From positions 1,995 to 65,994 of the forward strand of contig CAYUWC010000002.1 of NCBI GenBank assembly GCA_964448355.1: a DNA stretch of 64,000 nt, given 5' to 3'. Origin of the DNA: an uncultured Oscillospiraceae bacterium. GTDB lineage: Bacteria > Bacillota > Clostridia > Oscillospirales > UBA644. Below, piece after piece: positions 63,862 through 64,000 of this stretch. The stretch's first letter is position 1. Each line of letters opens with the position of its first letter. Made by a program: the position numbers and the translations under genes. The notes beneath the pieces are model-generated. The model had not been told where the DNA came from, searched no databases, and saw only the letters and a program-made list of their open reading frames with translations.

Positions 63862-64000
63862 TCACAATAGTATCGCTTGCGAATACCCCTCGAAAATGCC
63901 CGTAATTTCCACGGGAAGAATGAGGTTTTCTATATTGCGGTCGCTTTCGACCGACACCTCGGCATATTCGGGCGTATAACCGGTATAAACGCCGTTTTTT
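63862..64000 (-). CDS. C-terminal end of a MiaB/MtaB-like methylthiotransferase (TRAM domain tail); 5' part lies outside the window
   Basis: My reverse-strand translation reads KNGVYTGYTPEYAEVSVESDRNIENLILPVEITGIFEGYSQAILL followed by a stop at 63862-63864. This resembles the GYT.NY..V ending of MtaB-type enzymes. Only ~45 codons are visible. Confidence 0.4.
   Translation of the reverse strand, partial: KNGVYTGYTPEYAEVSVESDRNIENLILPVEITGIFEGYSQAILL

Noticed and set aside
1-64000. Prophage, transposon, integron, toxin-antitoxin or restriction/defence genes.
   Set aside because: I found no integrase, transposase, recombinase, terminal inverted repeats, phage structural genes, or nuclease/methylase pairs on either strand. 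The XRE-family gene at 15439 has no partner toxin and sits in a conserved yebC-maf context.

Overview
This 64-kb window is a chromosomal segment from a Firmicutes/Clostridia-like bacterium. That assignment rests on gene content and order: recG-cysS-pgsA-rimO-recX-recA; maf-mreBCD-pbp2-minD-mgsA-hisS-aspS; SRP RNA-dnaX-ybaB-recR-mrnC; and yhbY-nadD/yqeK-rsfS-leuS with rplJL. About 90% of the window is densely packed housekeeping genes, covering five aminoacyl-tRNA synthetases, cell-shape genes, secA, purL, ribosomal proteins, and a GldA/F/G-like ABC-2 exporter with a DUF4340-like partner. I found no transposase, integrase, CRISPR array, tRNA or rRNA. Non-coding features I can support by eye are a small SRP RNA upstream of dnaX, an rplJ leader behind a perfect sigma-A promoter, several consensus promoters, several intrinsic terminators, a ~104-bp tandem repeat upstream of rlmB, and three DnaA boxes upstream of murE. 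The one clearly accessory block lies at ~32.1-38.0 kb, between the thrS terminator and a GH29 fucosidase, and looks AT-richer than its flanks. It carries three paralogous small Sec-secreted proteins that I cannot place in any family, interleaved with three FtsX/MacB-type permeases and no ABC ATPase. The block contains a 2,563-bp tandem module duplication with perfectly identical conversion-like tracts, a divergence hot-spot in the extracytoplasmic domain, and stem-loops between the small-protein genes and the permease genes. I consider it the best candidate for an undescribed system, either secreted effector plus cognate permease/immunity or a new FtsX-type envelope module. Other oddities are an AAC(3)-Rpe fusion, a P-type-ATPase-like protein with degenerate catalytic motifs, an isochorismatase-fold protein with a non-canonical triad, an orphan MinD lacking its membrane-targeting helix, and a NadD-YqeK fusion. 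All calls come from reading the sequence and the ORF translations; no database search or computation was run.
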